A stretch of DNA of 63,392 nucleotides, filler included, from Octopus bimaculoides (GCF_001194135.2; 7 parts of 6 records of this genome joined end to end with filler, not necessarily neighbours in it); one strand, 5' to 3'; counted from the first letter of the whole stretch, positions 22,243-35,239 are shown. The notes: generated by a model not told the origin, from the sequence alone. Made by a program: numbers and translations.

Positions 22243-22690
22243 TCATCATCATCATCATCATCGTTTAACGTCCGCTTTCCATGCTAGCATGGGTTGGATG
22301 ATTTGACTGAGGACTGGCAAGCCAGAAGGCTGCACCAGGCTCCAATCTGATCTGACAAAGTTTCTACAGCTGGATGCCCTTCCTAACGCCAACCACTCTG
22401 AGAGTGTAGTGGGTGCTTTTATATGCCACCAGCATAAGGGCCAGTCACATGGTACTGGGAACAGCCACGCTCAAAAAGGTGTTTTTTATGTGCCAACTGC
22501 ACGGGAGCCAGTCCAGCACTACTAGCAACAACCTCGCTCGAATGACTTTCTAATGTGCCACCAGCACAAGTGCTACAAGGCAATGCTGGTAACAATTATG
22601 CTCAAATGGTGCTATTTATGGGCCACTAGCACGGAAGCCAGACAGCTGCTCTGGCAATGAACACGCTCAGACAGTACTGTTAGTGCTCCA
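22241..22690 (-). mobile_element. RTE-tail non-autonomous element with internal ~60-bp repeats
   Basis: (cat)n-cgtttaacgtccgctttccatgctagcatgggttgg...ggatgcccttcctaacgccaaccactc... followed by repeated gtgccaccagcac units. Confidence 0.8.
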
Positions 22691-22697
22691 CTGGCGC

Positions 22698-23143
22698 AAG
22701 AATTTGAACATTCAAGCTTCGTTTATTTACAGTTGGTTTATTCATAATAATTGCCCATCATGTGTTTTGATTGCATTAATTGCATATTGTTGTATATTCA
22801 TATGCAGTGGTTTATGCATTATTAGTATGATCTCTTCAGAGTATATAAATATGACATTGTTTGAAGAGGAATTTTCCTCCATTATTAGTTTGAATTAGGC
22901 TTGGTAGCAGTAGTAGTAAACCATGACATTCATCAATGAGCTGTTTTTCACAACTGTTGTGAAAAATAGCTCATCAATGAACAATGTCTTATTTATACAC
23001 CATGAAGAGATTGTACAAATAATGCATAAACCACTGCATATAAATATACAACAATGTGCAATTAATGCAACTGAAACATGTGTCGGACAATTATTATGAA
23101 TAAACCAACTGTAAATAAACATAGTTTGAATGTTCAAATTCTT
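22698..23143. repeat. Long inverted repeat (~170-bp arms) with an internal hairpin
   Basis: 22698-22870 is the diverged reverse complement of ~22968-23143; ORFs 22683+ and 22895- give near-identical peptides. The spacer holds gagctgtttttcacaa-ctg-ttgtgaaaaatagctc. Confidence 0.9.
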
Positions 23144-24294
23144 CATTCTCCTTATTATCAATATTGTACCTTACACTCTAAGTAGCCAAAAAAAGAACTG
23201 TAATATTGGATAGGAGTTAAAGGAAATTTACCATAAAATGCACCATCTGAAAGAACCAGCCTTGACATTTTACATAGAGAAATTTGGTATCTGCCTGGAT
23301 ATTATATCCCTCTTCTTACTTTCTCCCTCTCTCACTCTGTGTATATATATATATATATATATATNNNNNNNNNNNNNNNNNNNNNNNNNNNNNNNNNNNN
23401 NNNNNNNNNNNNNNNNNNNNNNNNNNNNNNNNNNNNNNNNNNNNNNNNNNNNNNNNNNNNNNNNNNNNNNNNNNNNNNNNNNNNNNNNNNNNNNNNNNNN
23501 NNNNNNNNNNNNNNNNNNNNNNNNNNNNNNNNNNNNNNNNNNNNNNNNNNNNNNNNNNNNNNNNNNNNNNNNNNNNNNNNNNNNNNNNNNNNNNNNNNNN
23601 NNNNNNNNNNNNNNNNNNNNNNNNNNNNNNNNNNNNNNNNNNNNNNNNNNNNNNNNNNNNNNNNNNNNNNNNNNNNNNNNNNNNNNNNNNNNNNNNNNNN
23701 NNNNNNNNNNNNNNNNNNNNNNNNNNNNNNNNNNNNNNNNNNNNNNNNNNNNNNNNNNNNNNNNNNNNNNNNNNNNNNNNNNNNNNNNNNNNNNNNNNNN
23801 NNNNNNNNNNNNNNNNNNNNNNNNNNNNNNNNNNNNNNNNNNNNNNNNNNNNNNNNNNNNNNNNNNNNNNNNNNNNNNNNNNNNNNNNNNNNNNNNNNNN
23901 NNNNNNNNNNNNNNNNNNNNNNNNNGAGAGAGAGAGAGAGAGCAATTAGAAAATGGAGGATAATATGCTGTACTCAACGACTTGTAGACAGTGTATCCCG
24001 GTGAATTAACTTAATTTTTAATTAAAGTGACAAATCCTCCATTTTCTAATTGCTATATAAATTTAGGGTAAAACACCCCCCCACTTTACCCGCACCCACT
24101 TGGTATAACACTAGTGTAACAATAATTGGGTACCCTCCCAGCAGTATATTGGATAGATACTATCCCTTAGTGGGTTGAATCCTCAACCCCTAACTCTCTT
24201 GCAGTATATATATATATACTTCCTTTTCTCTGTGTGCACACTTGGTTAAGGGATGCACTTAGACACTTGGTGGTTGAAAGATGTTGCTGAAAGG

Positions 24295-26530
24295 ATATGA
24301 CATGACATTCAAAGGCACTTTGGATTGATGTTAGACATCTGCCTTGTTTTTGTTTTAGGGAAAAGAGGTCTACATTACTGTTGATGTGGAAATTATGTGT
24401 GCTTCTTAGTATCTTCCTGGTTTTCTCATCAATGGCTCAGATCTCATCAAGTGTCCAATCAAGCAGCCCAAATGTTGGTGTGAGTGCTGACACTGCAAAC
24501 ACATTGTGGGCCACTGTTTAATTGAATAAATTGAGTTTCAAGGTCCAAATTTTCCTTATTTGACTGTTATATACTTTAGTGACACAGGTGTCATTGTAAC
24601 ATATGTTTTCATCCACCCCAAAACACCTGTAACATTCCTCATTAGATATAGGGGAAACAGCTAAGTCATCGATGGATAAGTTTCTAGTGTGGTTTACAGT
24701 TTTCCCTCTTTTCCTAAACATAGAACAACATTTAACCTGGTCAAACTCCAACCCTGTATTCTTTGAGAATGTTGTAACTAGGCCAAAGCACTTTTTCATC
24801 TCTTGCATACACTTGACAAAGGGTTTACAAAAAGTATAAGCAACATCACAGAGAGAGTATCCCCTTGGAATATGCCTGTCTGATATTGTATTCTATCAGT
24901 GATAATACAGTCACTCCTTGTGCTTAATTTCAAGATGGTGGCCTACGATGAAGTCAGGTCAGCTATGGCTTTGACTATGCTCACCAGATCTTTAGCAAGT
25001 TGAAGGGCTTCTAGCATCCATAAGTGAGGAACAGAGTTAATGGCTTTCTTGTAGTCTTGCCATATTGAAACTAGGTTCATTCTATGATCCTGCATCTCTG
25101 ACATTACAGTTTTGTTGATTAACAATTGCTTGATTACATCCTCTCATGTCCCTGTATACTGCTGCCTGGTTCTGGTTAGATTTCTTGTTTATTGCTTTTC
25201 TTTCAGTCAGAGTTTCTCACTGGCAGCTTTTAGCTCCTGCTTGAGGGTGATCAGTTTGCATTGAGTGTCCTTGTGTCCTCGTTTTGCTGTCTCCAGACAT
25301 CACTTCTATCTTGTTCTTCACTTTTTGTTGGTGAAATGTATAGTGATTTGCATGCAATAAACATCATCACATGGCTGATGGCCTTCCGTAAATCAGCTAT
25401 CTTTTTCTCTGTCTTCAAAACCCATGGTACTTTCTTTGTTGTTTTGGTTTTGTTCACTTCCTGAATATTCTTTTCTATTCTAGGCACCAGGCCCAAAATT
25501 TTGTGGGAGGGGGCCAGTCGATTAGATCGACCCCAGTACACAACTGGTACTTAATTTATCGACCCCAAAAGGATGAAAGGCAAAGTTGACCTTGGCAAAA
25601 TTTGAACTCAAAACATAAAGACATGAAATACTCCTAAGCATTTTGCCTGGTGTGTTAACATTTCTGCCAGCTCCACTTTCACTTTCTAAATATTACTCAT
25701 GTACTGCTTTGCAGTAGTAGACAGGGCATATAGACAGGCATTAATCTGCCATAGTGAGGGTTCATTACACTGCAGTAAATACTCCTCTCCAATTTCATTA
25801 ACAGCTTTTAATAACGTACCTGGTGGTTTTTTTACTTTGGTAGAGAATACTCTCTTGTCGAGAGAGTACTTCAAAGCCAAAGTTCTATTTTTCTCTTTTC
25901 GTTGAAAGCTTCAGTAAGGGCACATTTCACCAATATATAATCCTGACTACTATTACTACTACTACTACAATAATTGTTGCGGTTGTGCCTGTTATTTACC
26001 ATAGTCATAGTAGGGGGACAGTGGTAAGTTACTTTAGCCAGTAATGTAGTTTGGCTGGCAGGACTGATAGAATCTGTTGGAATGTTACTAACTGCAAAAC
26101 CACACAGTGTTCTCACATCATTCACATTTTCGTTTTCATTTATAGTGGGGGAAGAAAGTTAATTTCAGATCTTTTTTTAATAAAGTTACAGTCACTAACT
26201 TTCTTCTTATGTTCCACAAATGTTGCTTGCTGGCATAATTATTTTGCAGTAAAATGATTTAATTCTGGATGTAGATCATTCCAATATGATTTCACTCGAT
26301 CCATATAGCCAACAGCAGGGTTTTGTGTCACTCTTTTGTAACAGTCATATAAATCAGTATACATGACTCCAAGAAAAATGAGTTTTGTAATTATGGTTTC
26401 TTCTATAATTACAGTTAGAAAGAATTTGTTTACCCGCTGAGCTGTTGTTTTCATTCTGTTCCTCGGTTGTGTTGTTGTTGATGTGTCCAGATATGTTGTT
26501 TGTTGTAACTCTCTGCATGGTAAATTCAAG
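24295..26530 (-). mobile_element. Degraded R4/Dong-like (RLE-type) non-LTR retrotransposon
   Basis: Minus-strand pieces GYMDRVKSYWNDLHPEL, SLWQINACLYA, KVPWVLKTEKKIADLRKAI, WQDYKKAINSVPHLW (RT), FSKNTGLEFDQVKC...KRGK and AVSALTPTFGLLDWT; many stops and frameshifts. Confidence 0.8.
25485..25680 (-). mobile_element. SINE (family A) inserted into the R4-like LINE
   Basis: ctggtacttaatttatcgaccccaaaaggatgaaaggcaaagttgacct...tttgaactc. Confidence 0.85.
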
Positions 26531-27030
26531 TTTCAGTTGAAAATCACTACGATTGTAAATAAAAGGCTCCCTCAGTCAATTCATCTGAAGATTAACCAGT
26601 TATTTAACAGAGCTGATACTTGTAGCACCAAAGTTAGAGATAGTATTCATTGTATTTTTGATAGATAGTCTCCCATACCAAATACGTGACTTGTCACATT
26701 GAGTTATATATTTATGTATGTATGTACACCACAAAAGCATATCAAGCTTCTTAACATGTCTTGACATGTGCAATCTTTGTAAACAAAAGGTTCATTCAAT
26801 GGCATTGTTTGCTTCCAGCTCTCTACATAACCATGTCTGAGCTGTTTGTTCTTCAATACTGGAAGATAATTACCTTGCTTGGAAACTGGTGAGGATTTGC
26901 ATCAGGAAAGACATCCAGCTGTAGAAAATTCTGCTTCAGTATAGTTTTGGCATCCCAACGAAGTATGGAAAGTAGATGTTAAAATGAGATGAAAATGATT
27001 AAATATGTATATACATACATAGATGCATTC

Positions 27031-27070
<40 letters not shown>

Positions 27071-27074
<4 letters not shown>

Positions 27075-28565
27075 GGTTCATGCCAGGGAAAAGCACCACT
27101 GATGCTATATTTCTGGTAAGACAGCTGCAGAAGAAATACCTAGCCAAAGATAAACCTCTGTACCTGGCTTTTGTTGACATGGAGAAAGCCTTTGACAGTC
27201 CCTTATCTTAGGGTCAATGAGGAAACTAGGAATAGATGAATGGTTAGTGAGAGCTGTGCAAGCCATATACAGGGATGCTGTCGGTAAGGTGAGGGTTGGC
27301 AACGAGTACAGTGAAGAATTCTGGATAGGGGTAGCAGTTCACCACGGATCAGTCCTCAACCCCCTCCTATTCATCTTAGTCCTCCAGGCAATAACAGAGG
27401 AATTCAAGACAGGATGCCCCTGGGAGCTCCTCTATGCTGATAACCTTGCTCTAATTGCTGAGTCACTACCAGAACTAGAGGAAAAGTTTCAGGTGTGGAA
27501 GCAAGGATTAGAATCGAAGGGCCTTAGAGTCCACCTAGTTAAAACCAAAGTCTTAATAAGTAGGAAGGCAGACAAACTACAAATCCCTTCAGGTAGATGG
27601 CCCTGCTCGATCTGTAGAAAAGGCGTAGGTAGAAACTCTATAAGATGTACCCAATGTAAGCTATGGACACATAAGGGGTGCAGCAATATCAAGAGAAAGG
27701 CTAACTGGGAAGATAGTTTTTCTATGTAGCAAATGCTCAGGAGCAATAAACACTGAAAATGTTCAGAGAACAAATTCTGCCACATTCTAGGGAGAAAAAT
27801 TACTAGTAGTTGACAACTTCCATTACCTAGGTGACCAAGTCAGTAGCGGGGAAGGGTGCACTGAAAGTGTAGCTGCTAGAATAAAAATAGCCTAGGCAAA
27901 GTTCAGAGAGCTCCTACCTCTGCTGGTGACAAAGGATCTCTCACGCAGAGTAAAAGGTAGTCTGTATGACACATGTGTATGAACAGCCATGCTACATGGC
28001 AGTGAAACATGGACTGTGACTGCTGAGGACATGCGTAAGCTTGCTAGTAATGAAGCCAGTATGCTCCGCTGGATGTTTAATGTTAGTATACATACATGAC
28101 AGAGTGTAAGCACTCTGAGAGTAAAGTTGGACTTAAGAAACATCAGATGTAGTGTGCAAGAGAGACGACTGCATTGGTATGGTCATATGTCGTGAATGGA
28201 TGAGGACAGTTGTGTGAAAAAGTGTCACACCCAAGCAGTTGAGGGATCCTGTAGAAGAGGTAGACCCAGGAAGACCTGGGATGAGGTGATGAAGCACAAC
28301 CTTTGAACATTGGACCTCACCGAGGCACTGACTAGTGACCGAGACCTTTGGAGCGGGTCAATGTGCTCATACCAGTGGTGTGTAAAAAGCACCCACTACC
28401 CTCTCAGAGTGGTTGGCATTAGGAAGGGCAGCCAGCCATAGAAAACTTTCCAATTCAGATTGGAACCTGGTGCACCCCCCCCCAGCTTACCAGTTTTCAG
28501 TCAAACCATCCAACCATACCAGCATGGAAAGCAGACATTAAACAATGATGATGATGATGATGATA
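27071..28565 (+). mobile_element. 5'-truncated RTE-clade LINE (RT, Cys-rich PHD-like insert, 3' UTR, (GAT)n tail)
   Basis: FGFMPGKSTTDAIFLVRQLQ, LAFVDMEKAFD, HGSVLNPLLF, LLYADNL and WPCSICRKGVGRNSIRCTQCKLWTHKGC; several stops and frameshifts. Confidence 0.9.
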
Positions 28566-28654
28566 TATATATATATATATATATGTAGACATGGCTGTGT
28601 GGTTAGGAAGCTTGCTTTATTCTCTTGGTTCCATTGCTGTGACTATACATACCT

Positions 28655-28870
28655 GTACCAGGGTAGCAAGCTGGTAGAAAGGTTAGCACGCCAGGTGAAA
28701 TGCTTAGCGGTATTTCGTCTGTCTTTATGTTCTGAGTTCAAATTCCACCAAGGTCAGCTTTGCATTTCATCCTTTCAGGGTCGATAAATTAAGTACCAGC
28801 TGCATACTGGGGTCGATCTACTCAACTGGCCCCCTCCCCCAAACTTTCAGGTCTAGAGTAGAAAAGTATA
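28655..28870 (+). mobile_element. SINE (family A)
   Basis: gctggtagaaaggttagcacgcc...gagttcaaattcc...cctttcagggtcgataaattaagtaccag. Confidence 0.85.
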
Positions 28871-29329
28871 CATACCTGTTCCACCATCACATCCCTTTTA
28901 TCATTATCATTCATGCCCCTCACTCTTTAAAGGGCTTGTTGAACAAAAAGAGACATGGGATCATGTAATACCTTTAGTTGTGTTAAGGATAGAATTACTT
29001 TTCTCATTCTGGTGCAATGAAAAGGGAATATCCAGTTTACACTGTGAAGTAATTGGTGTTAGTAAAGGCATCCAATCATAAAAATTAAACCAAAATGTAA
29101 AACACAAGGAAAATGTGATTTTCCAACCCACCTAAGTGAGCAGTACCCCCAAATATTTGCTGACTCCAACAACAGCAACCCATTCAACCTATGCCAGTCT
29201 AACGAAAATGGACATTAAATGCTGATGATGAGGACGAGGAGGGTGATATATAGGAAGTGTGTATTTGTTTTGTGAGATATACTTCTAGAAAGAAATGATC
29301 AGTTTAACAAGCAAGTAGCATAGATAAAC

Positions 29330-31300
29330 AACAGGGCTACTGCAGACATATAGAACAAGAATAATATACAATAAATGGTACAGTACTAGAATCAATCCAA
29401 AAGAAAATGCCAAATTGCTAAGCCCATGGGGTATTGGTCTGTGTAGCAACATTGCTTTTTATTGCTGAGATTTGGTTACACAGTATGGAAAGAGCATGGA
29501 AGACGTGTTCATCCCTAAATGACTAATAGCTCCCCTCATCTTCTCACTCAAAATTATAATCAATCTGTTTGTGTAGCCTATGAAAATTTAAGATATCCAC
29601 TGGTAGGTCCATACACCATAAATAACACATGGCACAATAAGGAAATAAAGGAAGTATGGGACTGTGTAGAACAAATAACTTTTCAAAATAAATCAAGAAA
29701 CTACAGCTTCTTGGCAGAGACTTGACTGTATCATGGCTGGGCTACCAGAAAACCTTTAATGAATGCCACATGGCTAAACTGTCAAAGTTTTACAATTAGC
29801 TTAAACCATTAGTAACTGCTATTGAGCATATAACCAAAACATGGGTTACTATCTTCAGTGAAGTAGCCTTACATCAAACAATGAAAGACACCCAACATGG
29901 TGATAACTCCTCAATACATCACTTTCATTTCTTTTTAAATGTTGAATTATACTTTCTTAAAAAAGTATGGTGCTTATAGAACTCCAGCTATGGTAACATA
30001 CAATTGGTCCTCACTGTCAAGTACATATACAGCTTTTAGAATTAAATTTGGTGACAAAAACAACCTTAACTGCTATGTAAGAATGATAATAATTTTGGAC
30101 AAGGTGAGAATGCCAGACATGAGGGATCTATTTGTAGGAAGAGTGCAAGAAACAAATACCTGAAGAGAGTAGAAATAATGTGGCATCTTTGAAGAGATAT
30201 GAATGTGACATACAGAATTAAAATACTGACCTTGACAATTACAGCTTCACTAAGTGGACCTGATGTCATTAGAAATGAAGAAGCATCATAGTTCCAATAG
30301 GTGTTGGCAAATTTTATAGGTGTGGAACTTTTTTCAGTGGGTGATATACTCACATTCAAAACTGGTTGATCATCTTTGGAGAATAGTGCTGCAGGAAGTA
30401 AAATTCTTAGAATAGAATGGGTGAAAGGTTAAGATTCAGAAATGAAAGTACCTAACCAATGTCTTCATTTAGGATTTCACAGATTTTATAGTTGAATATT
30501 ATTGGAGATTTATAGAAATATTATGTAGTATATTTATAGATTTCCCTTTTACAATTATCGATTCTTTTGATTAGTACTTTGGCAAATGTTTGTAAGAATG
30601 ATAATGTAAATGAGTGAAATTATGCATATTTTATTTAGCTTTGGGCAAATAATTTCTACTATAGCCTTCAGTTGATCAATGCCTTGTGAATAAAATTGAG
30701 TAGACAGCAACTGTACTGAATCCTGCTGCATGTGTGTGTGTTTGTGTAAGATAGTGACTTTTTTTAGAATTTACATTCATGATTACTATAGTACCAAATA
30801 CAGAGGGCTACCATCTATGATACCTAGACTGACATGGCAGACACATGTAGCTCTTGATATTATAAAGCTACTATCTGTAGTCTCTTACATGATGGAGCTA
30901 TTCTTTGTAGTACTTAACATAACAAGAATACTATATGCAGCCCCTTCCATAAGACCATCCCACCATCTCCAATTTACCTAACATGATAGAGTTAGCACCT
31001 GTATCCTCCATTCAATAAAACTGGCTCACTCCTTTCAATCAAGAATAAATTATAAACAATACTTACAAATCTGGTAAGTCTGTCTCTTTGGATTGACAAA
31101 TTTAAATTTGATACGAATTGCATTTTTAGGAATCTTCACTATCAGGTAAGGATCTTGTGTAACAAATGAGATATCAAGAGTTGTAAACACAAACTATTAT
31201 ACTATACAATATTCAATGTCATATTTCTGGATTAACAAGTTGAATTTTTCTGATAAACATTGCATGTACTCTTTTCAATCATTTAAGTATAATGCAGCCA
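29330..31300 (+). pseudogene. Unidentified decayed coding-like segment
   Basis: Long peptide-like stretches broken by stops: ENAKLLSPWGIGLCSNIAFY, WLGYQKTFNECHMAKL, GDKNNLNCYVRMIIILDKVRMPDMRDLFVGRV, GPDVIRNEEAS and YRGLPSMIPRLTWQTH. Also an acceptor near 30768 and GTAAG donors near 31074 and 31146. Confidence 0.4.
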
Positions 31301-31462
31301 CTTTTACAACAGACAATCCTGAAAGTCATAAATTTGTTTCCAAATCTAGACATTGAATGGTTAGTGACAATGTGAAATTAATAGAAATTAATAGCAAAGT
31401 AAAGATTCAGTTTATTCTTTCTTTCTATCTACCTACCTGCCTGTCTGCCTGTCTGTCTGTCA

Positions 31463-31536
<74 letters not shown>

Positions 31537-31785
31537 NNNNNNNNNNNNNNNNNNNNNNNNNNNNNNNNNNNNNNNNNNNNTTAATTAATTAANNNNNNNN
31601 NNNNNNNNNNNNNNNNNNNNNNNNNNNNNNNNNNNNTACATATTACATGTACATCTATATATATATATACATCTACACATATGTATACATATACATCTAC
31701 ACATATGTATACATATACATGTATGTATAGATCTATATATATATATATATACATATACGTGTACATCTATATGTATACATATACA

Positions 31786-31818
<33 letters not shown>

Positions 31819-31935
31819 TTCTCTCGATCTCTCTTTCTCTCTCTCTTTCTCTCTTTCTCTCTCTCTCTCTCTGAAAGTATCTGTCATTACAGTATCGAAA
31901 TGGTGTACATATACATGTATATGTATACATATACA

Positions 31936-31968
<33 letters not shown>

Positions 31969-32293
31969 TTCTCTCGATCTCTCTTTCTCTCTCTCTTTCT
32001 CTCTTTCTCTCTCTCNNNNNNNNNNNNNNNNNNNNNNNNNNNNNNNNNNNNNNNNNNNNNNNNNNNNNNNNNNNNNNNNNNNNNNNNNNNNNNNNNNNNN
32101 NNNNNNNNNNNNNNNNNNNNNNNNNNNNNNNNNNNNNNNNNNNNNNNNNNNNNGAGGAGATATTATGTTGCCGTGTGCTCGAACTCTGCAAGAAGTTAAT
32201 AATTTTGACTAAAACACAACTGGAACCCTAAGTAAGGCATGTGTAAAATTTGAATGAAATTGGTTGCGTAGTTCTCGAGTTTTAGGGATTCAC

Positions 32294-32348
<55 letters not shown>

Positions 32349-32387
32349 CACATTCTCATTTTTATATATATAGATATACATATATAC

Positions 32388-32550
32388 AACGAGCTTCTTT
32401 CAGTTTCCGTCTACCAAATCCACTCACAAGGCTTTGTTCAGCCCGAGGCTATAGTAGAAGACACTTGCCCAAGGTGCCATGCAGTGGGACTGAACCTGGA
32501 ACCCTGTGGTTGGCAAGTAAGCTACTTACCACACAGCCAATCCTACGCAT
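32388..32550 (-). mobile_element. SINE 5' part (family B)
   Basis: cagtttccgtctaccaaatccactcacaagg...gggactgaacctggaacc...gctacttaccacacagcc. Confidence 0.85.
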
Positions 32551-33021
32551 ATGAAATAAATGCTTTCTGTCATCTTTGACAAAGAGGACTCAACAAACTC
32601 ATTCAACGAACTGCATTATCTGCTCATTGAATGAGTATGTAAGTGACTGAGTATTCTCCAGATATGCGTACCATTAATGTAATTCATGAGTAGAATCAGT
32701 GTGACACAGTATGTATGATGAGACAGTATCTTTACATTATATTCCATTGAATGGGATTCTACACATTTACTCTATTTCATTCACAATAACTGTGTTAAAT
32801 TAAGGCGACAACACTTGCTCAAGATGTTCTGCAGGGAAATCAAATCTAGGACATGATCAATGCAAGGCAAACTTCTTGAACATTCAGTTGTGCTGCATCC
32901 ATACATGCACATACTTATGTTGATGCAACATATTCACATATATAATGACAAGCAGGCATACCAACATACATACATATATGTGGATACACCTTCATACTTA
33001 TATGACTATCTACACGAGGCT

Positions 33022-33414
33022 GCAGTGGAGGCGCAATGGCCTAGTGGTTAGGGCAGCAGACTCACGGTCACAGGATCGTGGTTTCAATTCCCAGACCGGG
33101 CGTTGTGAGTGTTTATTGAGTGAAAACACCTAAAGCTCCACGAGGCTCCAGTAGGGGATGGTGACAAACCTTGCTGTACTTTTTCACCACAACTTTCTCT
33201 CACTCTTACTTCCTATTTCTGTTGTACCTGTAATTCAAAAGGTCAGCCTTGTCACACTCTGTGTCACGCTGAATATCCCCGAGAACTACGTTAAGGGTAG
33301 ACGTGTCTGTGGAGTGCTCAGCCACTTGCACGTTAATTTCACGAGCAGGCTGTTCCGTTGATCGGATAAACTGGAACCCTCGACGTCGTAAGCGACAGAG
33401 TACCAACAACAACA
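33022..33414 (+). mobile_element. Apparently full-length tRNA-derived SINE (family C) with a 10-bp TSD
   Basis: A box tggcctagtgg, B box ggtttcaattcc, (CAA)n tail; acacgaggct repeated at 33012-33021 and 33415-33424. Confidence 0.85.
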
Positions 33415-33787
33415 ACACGAGGCTCTGTTAAATTACTCTGAAGGAGATTTGTTTCAAGGTTTGAGAGTGGCTTTTTCTCTGATCATCATCATCATCATTA
33501 TCATCATTGTTGTCTCTGTCGTCACCGCTGCCATCATCATCATTACCATCACCATCTCCATCATCATTTTTACATATGTTTTTCATGTTGGCATAGATTG
33601 GACAGGACAGATGTTACAGCATCTTATCACACATGGTTCATATAATTCAACACAAATAACAACAAAGGAAACTCTATGACTTTGTTTTGTATATTTTATA
33701 GCATGGGACAATACGTTTTGATTGAGCCATTCTCACCAGAGAGCTTTTTATCTATGCAGAAGGACTGACAAGTTCCCTCTTCTCTGC

Positions 33788-33822
<35 letters not shown>

Positions 33823-33833
33823 ATCTCTGTGTA

Positions 33834-34440
33834 TATGTGGGTCAGCTGAAAAGTTCATAGGCTAACCAAGATACTCTCATGGAATGTGACCAAATGCAGT
33901 TTATTTTTCAACATAGTTCCCCTTGCACTCTACACACTTCTTCCCTCAGTGTTGTTGTGCATTAACCTAACCCTAACCCTAACCCTAACCCTAACCCATT
34001 GCTGAAGAACCTATCATTCTGCTAGTCAAAAGAGTCATCAACAGCAGATATGGCATCATCGTCGCTGCAACACTGGTTCCCAGCCAAGTGGATACTCGTT
34101 TAGAGGAATGGATGATAGTGAGAAGGTTTTGATATTGCTTGGAATCATATCCATAATAGATTTCTCAAATTAATGCTGTACCAATATCTAAACATCCAAT
34201 TCTGCTCCATAGCAAGGTTTACCTTGAGGAAAAGCTAACATGCAGTGGTATGTTCTTCAATCTGCTTTATGAAGAATTATAGGCATCAAGAGATCCTTCT
34301 CGGCTTCTTTGAAACTAGCTGTTGTAATATTTCTGACTCTTCTCTTTCACAACAATGAGAACACCATCTCAACAACTCTTCTGCAGATGCCAATCTGAAG
34401 GCCACATTTCCTCAAAACATTTTTTTTTTTACAAACACCC
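33834..34440 (-). mobile_element. Internally deleted Tc1/mariner element remnant
   Basis: TIR-like gtgggtcagctgaaaagttcataggct. The minus strand gives HLAGNQCCSDDDAISAVDDSFD, resembling the mariner C-terminus. Interrupted by telomeric repeats at 33964-33997. Confidence 0.65.
33964..33997. repeat. Short interstitial telomeric repeat
   Basis: aacctaa(ccctaa)4ccc. Confidence 0.9.
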
Positions 34441-34566
34441 TTTCAGGAAAATTCTAGATGAATTGAGAATGCAGGCTTAGATTACAGCCATTCAGTACCT
34501 TTCCAAAAGTAGTGAGAAGATGAAGACACAAGAAGGAAAAAGAACTATTGCTGGTGTTGCTGCAAC

Positions 34567-34617
<51 letters not shown>

Positions 34618-35239
34618 TGGTAGTGGTGGTGGTACCGGTGGTGGTGGTGGTGGTGGCGGGGGGTGTGATGATGATGATGATGATGATNNNNNNNNNNNNN
34701 NNNNNNNNNNNNNNNNNNNNNNNNNNNNNNNNNNNNNNNNNNNNNNNNNNNNNNNNNNNNNNNNNNNNNNNNNNNNNNNNNNNNNNNNNNNNNNNNNNNN
34801 NNNNNNNNNNNNNNNNNNNNNNNNNNNNNNNNNNNNNNNNNNNNNNNNNNNNNNNNNNNNNNNNNNNNNNNNNNNNNNNNNNNNNNNNNNNNNNNNNNNN
34901 NNNNNNNNNNNNNNNNNNNNNNNNNNNNNNNNNNNNNNNNNNNNNNNNNNNNNNNNNNNNNNNNNNNNNNNNNNNNNNNNNNNNNNNNNNNNNNNNNNNN
35001 NNNNNNNNNNNNNNNNNNNNNNNNNNNNNNNNNNNNNNNNNNNNNNNNNNNNNNNNNNNNNNNNNNNNNNNNNNNNNNNNNNNNNNNNNNNNNNNNNNNN
35101 NNNNNNNNNNNNNNNNNNNNNNNNNNNNNNNNNNNNNNNNNNNNNNNNNNNNNNNNNNNNNNNNNNNNNNNNNNNNNNNNNNNNNNNNNNNNNNNNNNNN
35201 NNNNNNNNNNNNNNNNNNNNNNNNNNNNNNNNNNNNNNN

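Noticed and set aside
33027-33100. tRNA-like sequence
   Set aside because: It is the head of a SINE; no complete cloverleaf.
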